A DNA stretch of 64,000 nt from Octopus vulgaris (taxonomy: Eukaryota): the NCBI GenBank assembly GCA_951406725.2, contig OX597819.1:30938001-31002000 (forward strand), read 5' to 3'. Every line of letters begins with the position of its first letter. The stretch's first letter is position 1. Position numbers and translations under genes: made by a program. Positions 22,801 to 37,140 of the stretch are shown here, one piece after another. The notes below the pieces were generated by a model. The model saw only the letters and a list, made by a program, of their open reading frames with translations. It did not search any database and had not been told where the DNA came from.

Positions 22801-24309
22801 GCAATCAGCTTGTATTACAGGATTCTTACAAACCTGTAATCATTGTATTACCACCAACATCTGCTATTATCTGTTTCCATCAGCCACTATATCTAGCAAG
22901 TTGACTAACCTCATATATGCTACCTAATTAGCTCACAACACAGATGTTTCTTTGAGCAAATTACAACTGCTCAGAGCCCATACACTCATTAGTATCTAAT
23001 TTTCATCAAAATTTTAATGAAAACAGCTAAATTTAATATTCCCTCTAGCAATTATATAATACAGTGATATGACAATATGGGTATTTCAGACCCATCAACT
23101 GACATAAGGATTATTTATGTAAGCAAGGGTTCAGCAATCAAATGGTTTCCCTCTGGATATGTTCCAGAATAATAGTATCAGGGATGGAAAAGTATCTCTA
23201 CTGGGAAATATTTCATGAACTGATGAAAACATATGGCTTACTCTTTTAGTCTTTTCCTTGTTTCAGTCATTTGACTGTGGCCATGCTGGAGCACCACCTT
23301 AAAGGGTTTTTTAGTCAAAGAAATCACCCCCAGGACTTATTCTTTGTAAGCCTAGTATTTATTCTATTGGTCTCTTTTGCCAAACCACTAATTTACAGGA
23401 ACGTAAACACACCAACATCAGTTGTTAAGCAATAGTGGAGAGACAAAGACACGCACACATAATTATGTATATAATCTTATATATTTATAATCTTGGCAGG
23501 ATTTGAACTCAGAACAAAAAGGTTTGTAACAAAATGCTGCAAGACATTTTGCCACACATTCTAATGATTCTTTTAATTCACAATAAGAATTGTGTCTAAC
23601 AAAGCACAAAGCCACACATTTGGAGAAAGTGTATCATCAATTAAATCAACCACAGTACTTGACTTGTACTTTATTTTATTGGCTCCAAAAGGATAGAAGG
23701 CAAATTTGGCACCCACCCTTATATAAGTAGCTATGCATTTTCTTCATAGAAAGAAAACTCTGCTTGTCCCTGTCATAAAACCTCCAGTCCAAACTCTCAA
23801 ATACTCCATCCACTTAGTCAAGGAGGCTATTCCCTGTTCTGCAAGGTATTTGGCAACCCTACAAGTGCCAGTAGCATGAAAAAGGCACCCAGTATACACT
23901 GTAGAGCAAGTGGTTTTAAGGAAGGGCATTCAGTCATAGAAATCATGCTTAAGTTGACATGGAGCCCTGTAGCTCATCAGATTCTGTCAAACTATCCAAC
24001 CCATGTCAGCATGGAAAACAAACATTAAATGATAATGATGATTATGGTGATGATGACAATAATTTATTTTATCAACTACTGATGGATGAAAGGCAAAATT
24101 GAACTCGACATAAATAGCTATAACTAAATACGATATTACATTTTGATTCAGAGTCTTAAGATACTTTTAATTAATCAATGACAACAAAATATCATGGTTC
24201 AGTGAGTAGCAGCTAAAAGTGATTTAAAGAAAAAAAATGACCCATAAATGTAAAACAAGATGGGTGTGGCATGAAATTGGCAGAAATCTGACATACAACA
24301 TTTATGAAA

Positions 24310-25240
24310 GACGATAGTGACACTGTATTGAACGATAGAAGTAGGACAGTTTCTAAAGTTGATTGTGGAAATTGCTCAGTGATAGAGAAGGTAGTTACTG
24401 AAGTTGATAGGGAAAACTGTACAGAGTAATGGAGCTAGGACAGTTACTTTGAAGGGCTTGTGATGCGGCTAACGTCCCATCTCAACTTGAGCCAGCAGGT
24501 CTGTAGGCGCCCCAACAGAATAACCCTCTTCCCATTCGAGGGAGACAGATCTCTGATCTGGAACATGATGTGCTGTGACACATTTTCTGGTCCCAACCTT
24601 GCAGCATCAACTGCAAACCAAGGTGTCACCACTCGTAACACAGTAAAGAGAAAAAAAAAATCAATAAATACAGGGGGCCTGATCAGTTGATACCAGTTTG
24701 TGCCAGTTGCTGTCGAGACATCATGTATTCTCAGCTCCCATACCACTGGTTTCCTCCACAAAATAGAGGTAACAGCCGCCTGTCAGAGAAATGAACCCCA
24801 CAAAGTAGAGTGGTTATTACATTGAATGTCGCTGGTCATCCTCCATAGTAACTCCATTATGGTCATTACTACAGGATACAGCTGAGTATACTATTGGTTC
24901 TGGGGTAAGTGGCCCATCGCCCCCTCCCATCCATCTTCTGATGCTTTACACCCCACTTTTCTTCTTTTTTCTTTTCCTTTCTTATCTCTCTTTTTTCTGT
25001 TCCTTTGTTACCAAAGTTGATGTTGGAAAATGTACTTAGTGATAACAAGAAAACAGCTTATTAAGGTTGATAGTAAAAAGGGTAGAGATAAGGCAGTGGA
25101 AACTGTACAGAATGATAGAGGTAGGGTAGTTATTAAGGTTGATTGTGGAAACTACTGAGTGATAGAATTAGGACAGTTATCAAAGTTGATCACGAAAAAG
25201 GGCAATTATTAAAGTTGATAGTGGAAACCGTGCTGACTGA
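24310..25240 (+). repeat. Degenerate ~45-49-bp minisatellite split by a ~560-bp insertion
   Basis: GTTGATAGTGGAAACTGTACAGAATGATAGAGGTAGG.CAGTTA-like units at about 24310-24446 and 25010-25240. Confidence 0.6.
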
Positions 25241-26717
25241 TTAATTCTAATATAACAAAAGGATATGAAGAGGGTGGGCAGTTTAAAGGAATAAATCAAT
25301 AATCTATAGATTGGTTGGGAGAGGAGAGAAAAAGAGAACGGTAACTTGTGGAAAGAAGAGAAGATAAAAAGAAATAGGAAATGAGGGGGAAATGAAAAGG
25401 GAGGAGGAGGAGGAGAAGAAGAACAAGAAGAAGAACAAGAAGAAGAAGAAGAAGACTGCTAATGAACTACGGAGATGCAGGTAAGAGGATGGAAGAGGTC
25501 AGGAGTAGATAGAGAAAAAAAAAGGAAAATAGCTAACAGGTGGGAATGGGGTAGCTTATTTAACAATGGAGAAAGGAGAGAAATACAAAAAGAAATAAGA
25601 GTAAAAAGAAGAACAAAAGTTGAGAGAATGGAAGAAGGATTGGGATGTTAAAGACAAAAGCAATAAAGGAGAGAAAAAATATTAAGCAATGGGTTTGCAA
25701 AGAATATGACGGAAGGACAGCAGTAAGGTAGAGAGAGAGAGAGAGAGAGAGAGAGAAAGTGTGTGTTTGTAGAAATACAGAGAACTATGAAAGAGAAGTA
25801 GGAGGAGGAGGAGGAGGATGGGTGCACCTGACCAGACTTTCTGACTCTAATAACTTCAAATAATTGTAGTTCTAAAAATATTGATTTCATTTGACTAAAC
25901 ACAAGACAGGTTTCATCTAAGTGTGGGTTACACAATTAGCGATATCAACCCTCAGCATATTACCCTTGGCACTTAATTATTGGCCCCAGAGAGATATAAA
26001 AAGGCTAGAACATAGACAAAGCTAAATAACCATGAAGCATCTAATATGATGCCCTACCCTCCTTATCATTCAGACCAACATTTCACCTTGATTGGATTGA
26101 CTGCAGTATATTTTTAACGACTGTGCTACTGTTGTTCATCCCAGGACAAACAGACTTGTGATGAAGATCGTTCAGATCATGGCTATCCTATTTTTTAAGG
26201 CTATCTAGAACTATATTACCTGTCCTTATATAAGGTGTGATATGAGAGATTTGGTTGCTGTTTCTAGTAGGTTGAGTGACCCTTGTTATCGACCTGTGGA
26301 GAGATAAAAAGTCTGAGCTGATCTTCTCATTTGTATACACGCCCCCTTTCCTCCACAAGATAATAGAAACAACAACCATGACAAATATAAAAATATAGCT
26401 CTCAGATGTTTACATTTTAAACAAAGTGAGCAACACATATATAGAGAGAGTATGTGTGTGTGTGAGAGAGAAAGACAGGGAGAGAATGGGGGGGAAAGGG
26501 ACAGACAGAGATAGACAGGCAAATAGACAGAAAAAGAAAAAGAAGTGTGAGAAAACTACTAACATTAAGTCATTCAATGTAGAAAGAAGGACATGCAACA
26601 TGACAGAATGGAAATATAGCAAGGTGAAAAGAGAAGCAGGAGGAGGATGAAAGAAAAAAAGAAAGAAATGGAGAAAATGAAGGGGAATACACATAAAGAG
26701 TGGATAAAAAGTTATTC

Positions 26718-27129
26718 AGATCTTTTCAGTTTGAACGACAGTTTTTTTAAATAATTTCCACGTAACTAAACACTTTTAAACTTCGTATACAGGTAGAATG
26801 TGTTTATAAAACATCTTTTTCTCTTGGCTTTATTGAGAAAATTCTATGGTTTGTAAGATATTTGTCATTTATTTTTTCTTCAATTTCTGCAATTTCAACC
26901 AATCACTGGTGTCTATTGAGGTAAAAAAAAAAACATTCTGTGCCGTATGAATATGTCCCTCGTTTTAGAAACAGATTGGGTTTATTTACATTTCTGAAGA
27001 AAAAAAGATAGCCTTCCCCTAACCCTAAAACAGATTGAAATGCAATAGATCGATACTAGGGTCATAATTATGGGTGACAATTTCATATGACACGGCTAGA
27101 AAAAACTGCCGTTCAAACCAAAAAGATCC
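26718..27129 (+). mobile_element. Merlin-like MITE with perfect 8-bp TSD
   Basis: TSD AGTTATTC at 26710-26717 and 27130-27137; TIRs as in the family. Confidence 0.88.
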
Positions 27130-27728
27130 AGTTATTCCTCTAATAAGTTAGTGAAAGCTGTAGGCTGGAAACTTGGTATAGTAAGATTTCTTTCCATGAG
27201 GTAAAATTTTGAAGATATGCAATAATAATGATGGTATTTATTTCTGCAATTCCAAAACATAAGAGAAAAAAGTGCTCCTAGTTGATTTTTAACTGAAAAC
27301 TGATTTGTTTTGTGTAAGGTCAATTGTTATCGTTATGATGAGAAGGTAGACAGGTATCTTATGTGGACCTTGGGCAGTGCCACCTTAAGGCATAGGTACA
27401 CTAGGCAGTTTCTCAGGGACCTTATGGATCTAGAGGCCTAATTATGATCTATGTATTCTGTGGCTTGCTGTCAATAAGTAAATACTGGTGATCTATAGTA
27501 CTGTTAAGATGAACCTGACCTCAGGTCCTATACAGATGGAGCTTAGGCCATTGTAGAAAAAGGAGAATGTGTTTGTTAGCCAGTGGTTGTAGTATGTTGG
27601 TCAGTAAGTCTTTGCTAATCAGCTGAAGTCATCTAATGCAGTATTTCTCATAGAGAAGGATGGAGAACTTCTGAGATTAAAAAAAGAGTGAACAAATTGC
27701 TATGTCTAATTTTTCACATCTGCAAATA

Positions 27729-28274
27729 CACTTTAGAGGGCATGGTTTCGTTTGACTATACCCCTGGATTGTATATGTGGATATTCTGTAAATACCTCAC
27801 AGAGTGAAAACCATGCCCTGTATAACTACGAGCTGCCTTTTGGCAAGGCATAGCACCTGTTTAGCCACTCTGCCAGGAATATAGAAAAGTCATAGAACCA
27901 CAGCATGGCAGAGTATGAAGAGGTAGTGGAAGAGCTCAACTAAGCCAACAGTGCTTCTTACATTAATGCTGAGTGGGTGAATCCTAGGACATCTAATCAG
28001 CTAATGAAAGCTTCATTATGACTCAAGATCCCAATTCAAATTCATAATAATGGAATTGGATGTGGTGACACAAAGTCAAGGAAATCTGCAAAAACAGTGA
28101 AAAAAAAATATACCCCCTGGAAGACACAAAACCAGAAAGCCACATGGTTTTGTGTTTACAGCTGAAAATAGCAATGTTTCTGCCACTTGGCAAGCTGTAA
28201 TCACAAAGTCATGTGGTCACCGACTTTTGTGTCTTCTAGGAGTATAGTCAAACAAAATCACGCCTGCTAAACTG
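27729..28274. mobile_element. Tc1/mariner-type MITE
   Basis: TA|CACTTTAGAGGGCATGGTTTCGTTTGACTATAC ... GTATAGTCAAACAAAATCACGCCTGCTAAACTG|TA; ~40-bp imperfect TIRs and an internal hairpin at about 28110-28246. Confidence 0.7.
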
Positions 28275-29467
28275 TACTCATGAATTCAAAGGTTAATAGA
28301 ATTAATTTGGTTTTAAATTTTCCCAACAGCTCGACAAAGAAGAAAAATTATATGGATGAAAATTCTGTTTTTCCTCTCATTAATTTTCCTTTTACCTTTT
28401 AGTTGCTTCAATCATTGGACTGCAGCCATGCTGGGGTACCTCTTTGAAGTGTTTAGTCAAACAAATTGACCCTAGTACTTTTTTTCTAAAGCCTGGTACT
28501 TAACTTATTCTGTTAGCTGCTAAGTTGTTGGAGTGTAAAAAGGCCAACAGTGGTTGTTATCAAGTGGTGGTGGTGGTGGAGACACACACATACACACACA
28601 AAAACACACACAATGGGCTTCTTTCTGTTTTTGTCCACTAAATCCACTCATAAAGTTTTGGTGGGCCCAGGGCTATTATAGAAGACACTTGCCCACGGTG
28701 CCATGCAGTGGGACTGAACCTGAAGCCATATAATTGAGAAGCAAGCTTCTCACCACACAGCCTGGGGATGTGTGTGAGGGTGGGGAGGAATAAAAAAAAA
28801 ATTTTATTAATATTTACATAGGCTTGGAGACACTATTATCTGTCAGTCTGAAAATCTCTGGTTTAATGGATAGGGTACTTTGTCAAGTTGCTACCACTGA
28901 AGTTTTAAATTAGAAACAGGAAGCCATAAATTAATGTCAAACCTGTAATATTCTATTCTACTGGTTTGACCAACTTGCCACTGGCTAAAAATAACAGGTA
29001 AGTTCTCAGCAAATCAAACCCTACCATCTTAAAAAAAGATATAGAAACAACAGGTTGGCCAAGGTTGGAATGTCTTTCGTATGTCTGATCAGCATTGACC
29101 TAGATCTAATAACAAAATATAAAAATTCATCTAGCTCAGTGTTCTGCTATTGCTGCCAACTTTACTGCAAATGAGTCACTTGGTTTTCAAAAGACTAAAT
29201 AAAACTACAACAAATCTATAATGGGATGCAGATTCATTCAGATTAAATCTATTCTGGCATAGTGGTGATAGAATTGGATGAAATAGCCCTGAAATGGTAG
29301 GATTTCTAAGTCTCACATAGACTCATAGAAAAATGAGAACTCAATGCTGAAAGAAGTTTGGTGTGATTTCTATTACTTTACTATAGGTTTGTGCAAATGG
29401 AAGTGTCAGTGCCCATGGCTTTCATAGGTCCTCCAAAACAGGTGACATCAACACCATTAATGTACCT

Positions 29468-29765
29468 ACGTGGAGGCACATGGCCGAGTGGTTAGAGCAG
29501 CGGACTCGCGGTCGAGGGTTCGAATCTCAGACCGGGCGATGTGTATGTTTATGAGCGAAACACCTAAGCTCCACGCAGCTCCAACAGAAGGTAATGGCGA
29601 ACTTCTGCAGACTCTTTCGCCACAACTTTCTCTCACTCTTTCCTCCTGCATCTTGCAGCTCACCTGCGATGGACTGGCATCTCGTCTAGGTGGGGAACCT
29701 ATACGCCAAGGAAACCAGGAAACCGGCCCTTATGAGCCAGGCTTGGCTCGAGAAGGAACAAACAA
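29468..29765 (+). mobile_element. tRNA-derived SINE (family D) with 13-bp TSD
   Basis: A box TGGCCGAGTGG, B box GGTTCGAATCTC, TSD CATTAATGTACCT. Copies at about 31060-31305(-) and 52863-53161(-). Confidence 0.87.
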
Positions 29766-30555
29766 CATTAATGTACCTGTAAACTTGGTAAAACTTTCAG
29801 AATAATTGTTTGCTGTAGTGTATTTGGGGTCTAAACATTATATAACTTTTTAAAAATCGAATTTTAAAAATCGAATCATGGCCGAAGCCAGTGCCGCCCG
29901 AATTGTGGCCAAAGCCAGTGCCGCCTCGACTGGCTTCCGTGCAGGTGGCACGTAAAATGCACCAATCCAACCGTGGCCGATGCCAGCCTCGCCTGGCGCC
30001 AGTGCAGGTGGCACATAAAAAGCACCCACTACACTCACGGAGTGGTTGGCGTTAGGAAGGGCATCCAGCTGTAGAAACATTGCCAGATAAGACTGGAGCC
30101 TGGTGCAGCCTTCTGGCTTCCCAGATCCCCAGTCGAACCATCCAACCCATGCTAGCATGGAGAACGGACATTAAACGATGATGATGATGATGATGAATTC
30201 CAAAAGTAGTTGTCTACCAAGCTAACTAAACTACCAAGTTACCTATACAGCCACCGAAACCATTAAGTTTGCCATGTTTACCATTCCACTTAGCAAGGAC
30301 AGTGCTCTAGCATTTTAATATTGTGTGTTATTTTATGTTTCTGTGAATGTCATCAGAAAGAGTCAATCTTTAGATTAAATGTCAGAAATATATGAGATGC
30401 TGGGGTATAGATTATCTGGGTGTTAGGTGAGCATCAGGGTCAATTAAATAAGTACCAGGGTAATCGACTTAATCCCTTTGTCTGTCCCTTCTATGTTTAG
30501 CCCCCAGTGGGCAATAAAGAAATATATACATTGTGTGTGCATATGTGTGTGTGTG

Positions 30556-30594
<39 letters not shown>

Positions 30595-30783
30595 GTCCAT
30601 ATCTATATATAAAATATATAGGTGTTGGCGTGGCTGTGTGGTAAGAAGATTTGTTCCTAACCACATGGTTCTGGGTTCAGTCTTGTTATGTGGCACTTTG
30701 GGCAAGTGTCTGCTACTATAGTCTCAGGCCAACCAAAGTCTTGTGAGTGGATTTGGTAGACGGAAACTAAAAGAAGCCTGTCA

Positions 30784-30834
<51 letters not shown>

Positions 30835-31680
30835 TATATGCATGCATGTATGTATATATCTATGTGTGTGTCTGTTCTCCCATCACTGCTTGACAACTGG
30901 TGTTACTGTGTTTATGTCCCCATAACTTACCAGTTTGGCAAAAGAAACCAATAGAATAAGTACTGGGCTTAAAAAATAAGTCCTGAGATCGATTTGTTTG
31001 ACTAAAAATCCCATCAAGCCAGTACTCCAGCATGGCCACAGTCAAATGACCGAAACAAATAGTTCCCCACCTAGACAGGACGCCGGTCCATTGCAGGTGA
31101 GCTGCAAGATGCAGGAGGAAAGAGTGAGAGAAAGTTGGGGCAAAAGAGTCAAGAGTCAGCAGAAGTTCGCCATTACCTTCTGCCAGAGCTGTGCGGAGCT
31201 TAGGTGTTTCGCTCATAAACATACACATCGCCCAGTCTGAGATTCGAACCCACGATCCCTCAACCATGAGTCTGCTGCTCTAACCACTAGGCCATGTGCC
31301 TCCACTTTTGCCTTCTGTCCTTGAGATTAATAAAATATATATCAGACTAAGTTCTGAAGTCAATATATCTTTATCTTTTATTGTTTCTATTTCACTTGTT
31401 TCAGTCATTGGACTATGGCCTTTTGCAGGGACACTGTTTTGAAGGGTTTTAGCAGAACAAATCATGTCCAGCACTTACAGGGGTTTTATTGTGTTTTTTT
31501 TTTTAAGTATCATCCTTATTCTATTAGTCTTTTTTGCCAAACCATTAAGTTACAGGGATATAAACAAGCCAACACTAGTTGTTAAGTGTGGTTGACAAAC
31601 AAACACACACACACACACATATATGAGTGAGTGGACAAATGAAAGAAGGGCACTCGACCAATTTATTGGGAGTTACATGT

Positions 31681-31806
31681 ATGGATCAAAACAATTTGAT
31701 TCAAATTTGATAGTACTCTTGAGTTTCAAGCATGATGCTAATCATCAGCATGATACTTTGAAACTCAAGAGTACCAACAAATTTGAATCAAACTGCTTTG
31801 ATCCAT
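31681..31806. repeat. Fold-back element with a hammerhead core on the minus strand
   Basis: ATGGATCAAA...GAGTTTCAA / TTGAAACTC...TTTGATCCAT arms. Minus strand reads CTGATGA-ttAGCAtcaTGCTt-GAAA-CtcaagaGTA. Confidence 0.68.
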
Positions 31807-32049
31807 ATGTGTGTATATATATATATACACACACACACACACATGTATACACAAAGTCCACCAAATAAAAATGTATACATACTTCAGAAAAGGAAATTTC
31901 TGTGTATTTATCTTGTATAAGTACCTCTGTAAATATAAATACCTCTTTCGCTGTTTTATCAAATTATGATAACACTGAATAAAAATATATATTTTTCCTT
32001 TCCTGAAGTGTGTATACATTTTTAAGCAGACTGTATATATATATATATA

Positions 32050-32325
32050 TATAAATTAAGAAATAAAACCACCTTTTATCAATTCAACAATAAAAAAATT
32101 ATACCATTTAGAAAAAATTACATCTTATAGAAAAATTAAATATAAGATAAAACATATACCAATGTGCAAAATAATAAATAAAACGTATATATTTTATTTA
32201 TTATTTATTACTTAATCATTGTTACATACGTTTTATCTTATATTTAATTTTTCTATAAGTTGTAATTTTTTCTAAATGGTAAATTTAAATTTTTCATTGT
32301 GAATTTTTTCTAATTTATATATATA
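32050..32325. repeat. AT-rich imperfect fold-back element between TA tracts
   Basis: TACCATTTAGAAAAAATT..CTTATAGAAAAATTAAATATAAGATAAAAC is inverted at about 22-bp-plus matches in 32230-32281. Confidence 0.65.
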
Positions 32326-32341
32326 TATATATATAATATAT

Positions 32342-32398
<57 letters not shown>

Positions 32399-33430
32399 AC
32401 TTTCACACAGTTTCCATCAACTAAATTCCCTCACAGGTATTGGCTATCCCAAGGCTGTAGCAAAAGGCACTTGTCCAAGGTGCCACACAGTAGAACTGAA
32501 CCTGAAACCACATGGCTGTAAAGTGAAATTCTTATCCACATGATCATGCCTGCACCTATATATATCAACAAAAATCCCTAAAAGTGCTGCCCTTTTATGG
32601 TCACAATTCAATGACTGGAACCAGTTAGGGAATATCAACTTTTACCCTTTACCTTTAAATTACTTCAGTCATTTGACCGAGGCCATGCTGGGATACTGCT
32701 TTGAAGGGCTAAGTCAAACAAATTGACCCAAGTGCTTATTTTTAAGCCTGGTACTTATTCTATGGTAAAGAAGGAATTTATCTCATGCATTAGATAGCTT
32801 AACATTTCAGTTATTGACCATGAACTCAATAAATCTATAATGTTCTAAGATAATTGTAAAATGGAAAAAAATTGCTTTATTTCTTGTGTTTTTTTTACTT
32901 CGCAGAAAACAAGATAAAATTACAGATAAGAGGAAATTTATTCCATTTACCTAATTTACTTAATGAATGAATGTAAATTATTTTGCATCCTTTTTCCTGC
33001 AATAAAGTTCCATTATACCAACCTTTCATCGCTACAGAATTTTCTTTCATTAAGTTGTTATCATGTTACACTAATTAATGAAACTAATCTCATGAACATT
33101 CCTCATTTTACAGTTATACGCCTCCTTTTACATTTATTTATACTCCAGGTTATCAAATATTCTAAAAGATCAAAGTAAATGAAATTATGATTTTCAATTC
33201 TTTTTCTTTTTTTTTTTTTTAGCCTTTTTGTTTTTATAGGCACAGGCATGGCAGTGTGGTAAGAAGTTTGCTTCTCAACCACCAGGTTCTGGGTTCAGTT
33301 TCACTACATGGCACTTTAGGCAAGTGTCTTCTACCATATAGCCCTAGGTCAACCTAAGCCTTGTGAGTGGATTTGTTAGATGGAAACTGAAATGTGTGTG
33401 TGCATCATCATCATCATTATCATCATTTAA

Positions 33431-33651
33431 CCCTTTAGCATTTAAACTGGCCATATCCGGCCAAAAATATTCTGCCTGTTTTATGTTCAAACTGGCCATA
33501 TCTGGTCTCTCACACCAACCCTACAATATCGTTTGAAAAATTAACAGCTACCTCATCGAAATCTCATAGCTACAAGATAATGCAGGATTGGTTCAAAACA
33601 ATGTGGATGAAAAAGCATTAATTTTGGCAGAATAATGCAAACACTAAAGGG
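33431..33651. mobile_element. piggyBac-like MITE nested in a family C SINE, itself inside a family A SINE
   Basis: TTAA|CCCTTTAGCATTT ... AAACACTAAAGGG|TTAA. Confidence 0.82.
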
Positions 33652-35604
33652 TTAATATTAATTTTCCATGATGGCATGGACTGGACAGTTTGACAGGAAC
33701 TGACAACCCAGGAAACTGCGCCAAACTCCAATGCCTGTTTTGGCATGATTTCTACAGAGTGTATTGGGTGCTTTTAATGTGGCACCAGCAGCATAGCTTT
33801 TAACGTGGCCCCACAACCGGTGGGGGTCACCAGGTAATTTACAACTGGGAAGTGGGTTTTATATTGAGGGAGGTGGCTTTGTGCCAGTTGAGCGGTTAAA
33901 GTATAACAGCGGATTAGAATTAGGTGTCTTGCCATTGAGGAGATATTTGACTACCACAATTGGAAAAGAAAATGTATGTTTATATCTGTATGTGTTTTCC
34001 CTCCTCCTCACTGCTTATTAGCCAGTTCTGTTCCCACAACTTAGCAGTTCAGCAAAAGAGGCCAATAGAATAAGTATCAGGCTTTAAAAAATTAGTAAAG
34101 GGGTCAATTTGTTCAAGTAAAACCCTTCTAGATGGTGCCCCAGCATGGCCACAGTCCAAACACTGAAACAAATAAAAGATAAAAGATAGGGCTTTTTTTT
34201 AGATAGGCAGCTGAATGTGTTTTAGTAGTGCTGTAAATTAGTGCTTTGTTTTCCTTTCCAGGCGGTTATGATTGTTAACTTTATTATCTTCTTGTTAAAT
34301 CAACCAGGATTATCAAGAACTGGTGAATTTCCTTTTGTTACTCGCCCTATGAGGCAAAATTTTGAAAAAGGAAATTTTCAAGCAAGGCAAAAGAACTTCC
34401 AAAATAGAATTCATGTTTTCATCCTTGCCAACCGGCCAGCAACAAGAGAGAGTTGGAGGTAATCATAGTCAAAACCTCCCACTACATAGTACCACCATCA
34501 TAGCAATGACTAATAACAGCCAGGAAAGGGAGAGATGCACTTAAGCAATGATACACCAGTATCATCTTAACAATGACATCAATACCATCAACACCATCAA
34601 TATCACCACCACCACCACCACATGATGCCACTAACACTGCAAACACCAAAACAAGCACAAACAATCTAATTTATAGCAACAACAACAAGAACAGTACCTG
34701 CAACATGAACAAAAAAAAATAATTAACTACATGACCACAGATACAAACAACGACAAAAAATTAATGAACCACTTACATCAATCAATATACAAGCATCACA
34801 CATGATGACTACATCACATCAACAAATATTACGACACGTAAAAATCATCAAAACAACACAAAACGCATGCAACCTTTAAAAAAACTAAATATCCCATCGG
34901 AATGGGAGATTTCCAAGGGAATATTTACAAATAACCCTACAATGAGTTACACATGGAAACACCCACAACTAGCTGGAAGGAGGGAATACCTGTCCTTTTA
35001 AGTGGTCTTTCTCACTTTTCCCCTTTTTATCCAACATGACCTTACTCAGAATAGGCAGTATGAATATATGTGAATACAAAGAGTTGCCTATGAATCAAAG
35101 CCATTTCCTTGACATCCTCAGATCACTACATATAGATGTAGTGGCCACAGTGAGACCAGAATTTCTGAGACACAAAAGTCTTTAACAGCTATGAAGTTTA
35201 TGCGTCTTCAAGTCATCTGGGATCAGAAAGCATGATGTTTTAGAAAGATCTAGATCTCATGATACAGATCATCTCCCTGGAGCAAGAAGGTAAATTGTTG
35301 ATACTGGCTATGACCAGAAGCAAAGGCCATACCTCCAGATTAATAGCCATCTATGTCTTAGCAGAAGCAGAGTAACTGTGTTTCTTTGGGCATCTGGAGG
35401 TCTTCATAGGAACATCACATTCCCCATAGCTAGTGGGTGACTGGACTGCCATTTTGTATGCACATTTGGACTATGTAGAATTAGTTGATAGAAGGGTAAA
35501 CCTGGCAAACCTTCTCAGATATTTCCAACTGTCTGACTGGATATCGGGAATGTGAAAATGTCGACATGGACAAACCAAATCAGGTTACAAAGACCAGATT
35601 AGCA

Positions 35605-36102
35605 AATTAGTTAAGTTAAGTTAATTTTTTGGCTCAAAAAGCAAAAGCAAAGTTATATACAGGGACATGGAGTTATGTACAGGTAGGGTGTTCATGCAAA
35701 GAGTTCAGGCCATTTCTGGTCAAGAGAGACTTTGAACCGAGCGGTCGTCGGCATCTTCACTATCTCGTCAAGCAGCTAATTCCACAGATCTGCAACCCAG
35801 ACGGAGAAAGCCCCTCTCCTTCGATTGAGATGAAATCGTCACAGATAGAGCTTTTCGGAGTGACCCCGCAGCCAATGCTCTGGAGCAAGAGTGAAGAACA
35901 GTTCTTTCGAGAGGTTACACTTTCCGCTTATGATGTTGTGAGCGAGAATGAGATCACCACAGCGGCAGCATTTTTCTAGAGAATAATGGTCGAGCGTCTT
36001 CAGCCTTTCTTCATAAGACAAATGCTTGAGACCAAGAAACATGTGGGTAGCCAGCTTCTGGACTCTTTCGAGATGATGTATGTCTTTGAGGAGATGGTTC
36101 AC
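35605..36102 (-). mobile_element. CR1-clade LINE 3' end
   Basis: KDIHHLERVQKLAT...LSYEERLKTL..SLE...GDLI...LRGHSEKL...WN is a typical CR1 ORF2 C-terminus, followed by a (TTAAC)n tail. Confidence 0.85.
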
Positions 36103-36838
36103 ATTGAGAATGGCAAAAGAATAGAATCAATAAGGTTTTGTAAGAAATTAGTGATAGAGAAAACTAGACTAAAGGGATATTTAATTAGAAACCAAGAACA
36201 GGTGCTCAGAAAAGGCATCATGACTGACATGCTTCTGGCAGGACAGGCCCTTGACAATTTCTTCAAAGCAAAATATGAAGGTTGTTTTGTCAGATCCAAG
36301 TGTACATTCCATGCCACCATGGAAGACAGACATTAAATGATGATGATGATGAAGGAATGGAAGTTATTTGATGAGGGGGAAAACTGACAAGAAAGCTACA
36401 ATTTGGTATTTGGTAGACTATGATGAGTGCATGCTATTTGATTTCAAGCAATATTTTCCGCTTTTCAGTGGCACTTAGCTTGAATGTTCAGGACAAATGG
36501 AGGGAGATAGTAAAATGGACTTCAGCACCTACTTCAATGGCCTTCAGCAACTCTAGGTACTGGAGGAGAAGTGTGGAAAAAGGCTGAGACAGTCACTGAA
36601 ATATAGGAAGTAATGACCAAGCTGTATCAGAAACAAATTTCCTGGTTTGAATGGTCTGTCCAACAAGCTTTGTATTTATATGCCAGACATGTGTGGAAAC
36701 CACTTGGTAGATGTCTACAACTGGCAGCAGAATGAGAGAATTCCCATTTCTGTGAGCTGAAGAGTAGTGGCACAGCTGAGAAAGGACCAAGACAAAAGAA
36801 ATCACATTGGTAATTTTTGGTTCCTAACTCTACTTATT

Positions 36839-37140
36839 TGTGGAGGTACAATAGCCCAGTGGTTAGGGCAGCAGACTCACAGTCGGAGGATCGCAATTTC
36901 ATTCCCAGACCGGACGTTGTGTGTGTTTATTGAGTGAAAACACCTAAAAGCTCCACAAGGCTCTAGCAGAGGGTGGTGGTGACGCCTGTTGTAATCTTTC
37001 GCCACAACTTTCTCTCACTCTCTCTTCCTGTTTCTTAAGTAACGCTGCAATGGACTGGCATCCCGTCCAGCTGGGGGGAACACATAAACCAGGAAACCGG
37101 GCCCATGAGCCTGGCTAGGCTTGAAAAAGGCAGAAAAAAA
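36839..37140 (+). mobile_element. tRNA-derived SINE (family D variant) with 13-bp TSD
   Basis: TSD AACTCTACTTATT at 36826-36838 and 37141-37153; A-rich tail. Confidence 0.85.

Noticed and set aside
24444-24761. 105-aa ORF as a host exon
   Set aside because: No recognisable domain or splice context; it lies in an insertion splitting a minisatellite and is probably a retroelement remnant
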